In this document: positions 36,614-37,487 of the stretch, piece after piece | Position numbering within the stretch: the first letter of the stretch is position 1 | Layout: each line of letters starts with the position of its first letter | Origin: a virus | Lineage: Duplodnaviria > Caudoviricetes | Direction: 5' to 3' (one strand) | DNA length: 37,487 nucleotides | Virus record (IMG/VR): IMGVR_UViG_3300038315_000952 | Location: 1-37,487 of that record | Position numbers and translations under genes: made by a program | Notes under the pieces: generated by a model | The model's database searches: none | Seen by the model: only the letters and a program-made list of their open reading frames with translations | Told to the model about the DNA's origin: nothing

Positions 36614-37487
36614 AATGAGCTATTTTTTCCCACCATAACTGACCTTCCCCTTGCTCTAGTTTGCGTAACGCCCGCTGTTCCATTCGGTCGCATTCCCGCT
36701 TGTAGTATTCATCAGAACCGAACTCCGGTTCAACCTCTCTTGGAGTGCTTGCATAATGCCTTGATTCTCGCCAAGCATACAAAGCCGCATCCGATAAGTG
36801 ATTCTCAAAACGGTCGTCTTCCTTGGGACGGTCCTCATCCCACTGAAGCAAACGCCACTCATCAATAACCCCGCAACCCTCCAGAACCTTGATTCGCCCC
36901 GCCACTAAGTCTGAATTCATTAACTCAATGTAACTGAGCTTGTTCCGCTTCTCCGCTGCCCGTATCGCTAGACCATGCCGGTAGCGAAACTCCTCTACAA
37001 TACTCTTTCCCAAACCACCGGTATCAGCGACCATAACGCGGAAACTATACTCGGCATCATACTGCTTAATCTTCTCGGCTATGTCCGAAGGCAGCATTTT
37101 GCTGCTCTTATAGTCATCCACGATATAGAAATCCGGCAAGTCCTCACAAAACGCCCCAATGATAAAAGCTGTGGCGTCCTCGTAACCTAAATCCACACCA
37201 AGGATATAATGCCAATCATGCTCGTCCCATGGCAAAGTATTCGCCAGGTTCCTGTCTTCGTTAAAATGATAAACAATCGAGTCGTTGCTGCGTATCCATC
37301 GACCGCGCCACTCACGCTGGTAAATCGGGTTTTCGTCTGTCCAACCCTTCTGCTTCATGCGTTTAGCTAACCACTCCTTCGCATGAGGGATGAAAGGGTT
37401 CTCCAATATCGTCCAACTATGGTTGCTGTAACCGAAGTCCTTTTCTGTAGTCGCTCGATAAAACAAGCCACTGCAAGCGGCACTCGG
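36612..37487 (-). CDS. terL: Terminase large subunit, C-terminal nuclease part
   Basis: ENPFI, YQREWRG, ILGVDLGYED and NHLSDAALYAWR (RNase H-like nuclease motifs). Confidence 0.92.
   Translation of the reverse strand, partial: PSAACSGLFYRATTEKDFGYSNHSWTILENPFIPHAKEWLAKRMKQKGWTDENPIYQREWRGRWIRSNDSIVYHFNEDRNLANTLPWDEHDWHYILGVDLGYEDATAFIIGAFCEDLPDFYIVDDYKSSKMLPSDIAEKIKQYDAEYSFRVMVADTGGLGKSIVEEFRYRHGLAIRAAEKRNKLSYIELMNSDLVAGRIKVLEGCGVIDEWRLLQWDEDRPKEDDRFENHLSDAALYAWRESRHYASTPREVEPEFGSDEYYKRECDRMEQRALRKLEQGEGQLWWEKIAH

Noticed and set aside
37411-37487. Biological terminal repeat
   Set aside because: It falls in the middle of terL and is exactly 77 nt, so it is best explained as assembler overlap.
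1-37487. Stop-codon reassignment or intron/intein
   Set aside because: Core genes are full length under the standard code. The two apparent breaks are explained by local frameshift signals.

Overview
This is a complete, circularly assembled dsDNA phage genome of about 37.4 kb: bases 1-77 equal bases 37411-37487, and the terminase gene runs across the join. The layout is podovirus-like. The minus-strand morphogenesis arm encodes TerL, portal, scaffold, major capsid, adaptor, nozzle, ejection proteins, a LamG tail fibre and a holin. The replication/recombination block encodes YqaJ exonuclease, RecT, Prim-Pol, an Hjc-like resolvase, an XRE-type HTH protein and a D5-type SF3 helicase. There is also an M15 peptidase endolysin, a PAPS-reductase-family gene next to a GNAT-like gene, and an array of small early genes each with its own sigma70-like promoter and a shared leader. 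I recognised no integrase, DNA polymerase, ParA/ParB or Rz/Rz1. The notable signals are non-coding or recoding. (1) A probable ~62-nt stem-loop RNA whose loop is antisense to the leader/RBS shared by about 10 early genes. (2) A probable -1 frameshift fusing the holin to a beta-strand tail that ends in an outer-membrane beta-signal. (3) A dnaX-style -1 frameshift fusing an ejection protein to a lytic transglycosylase. (4) An array of 16 LexA-box-like palindromes with an embedded perfect parS, plus a second perfect parS between terL and portal. All product calls come from motif recognition and synteny by eye; no database searches were run.
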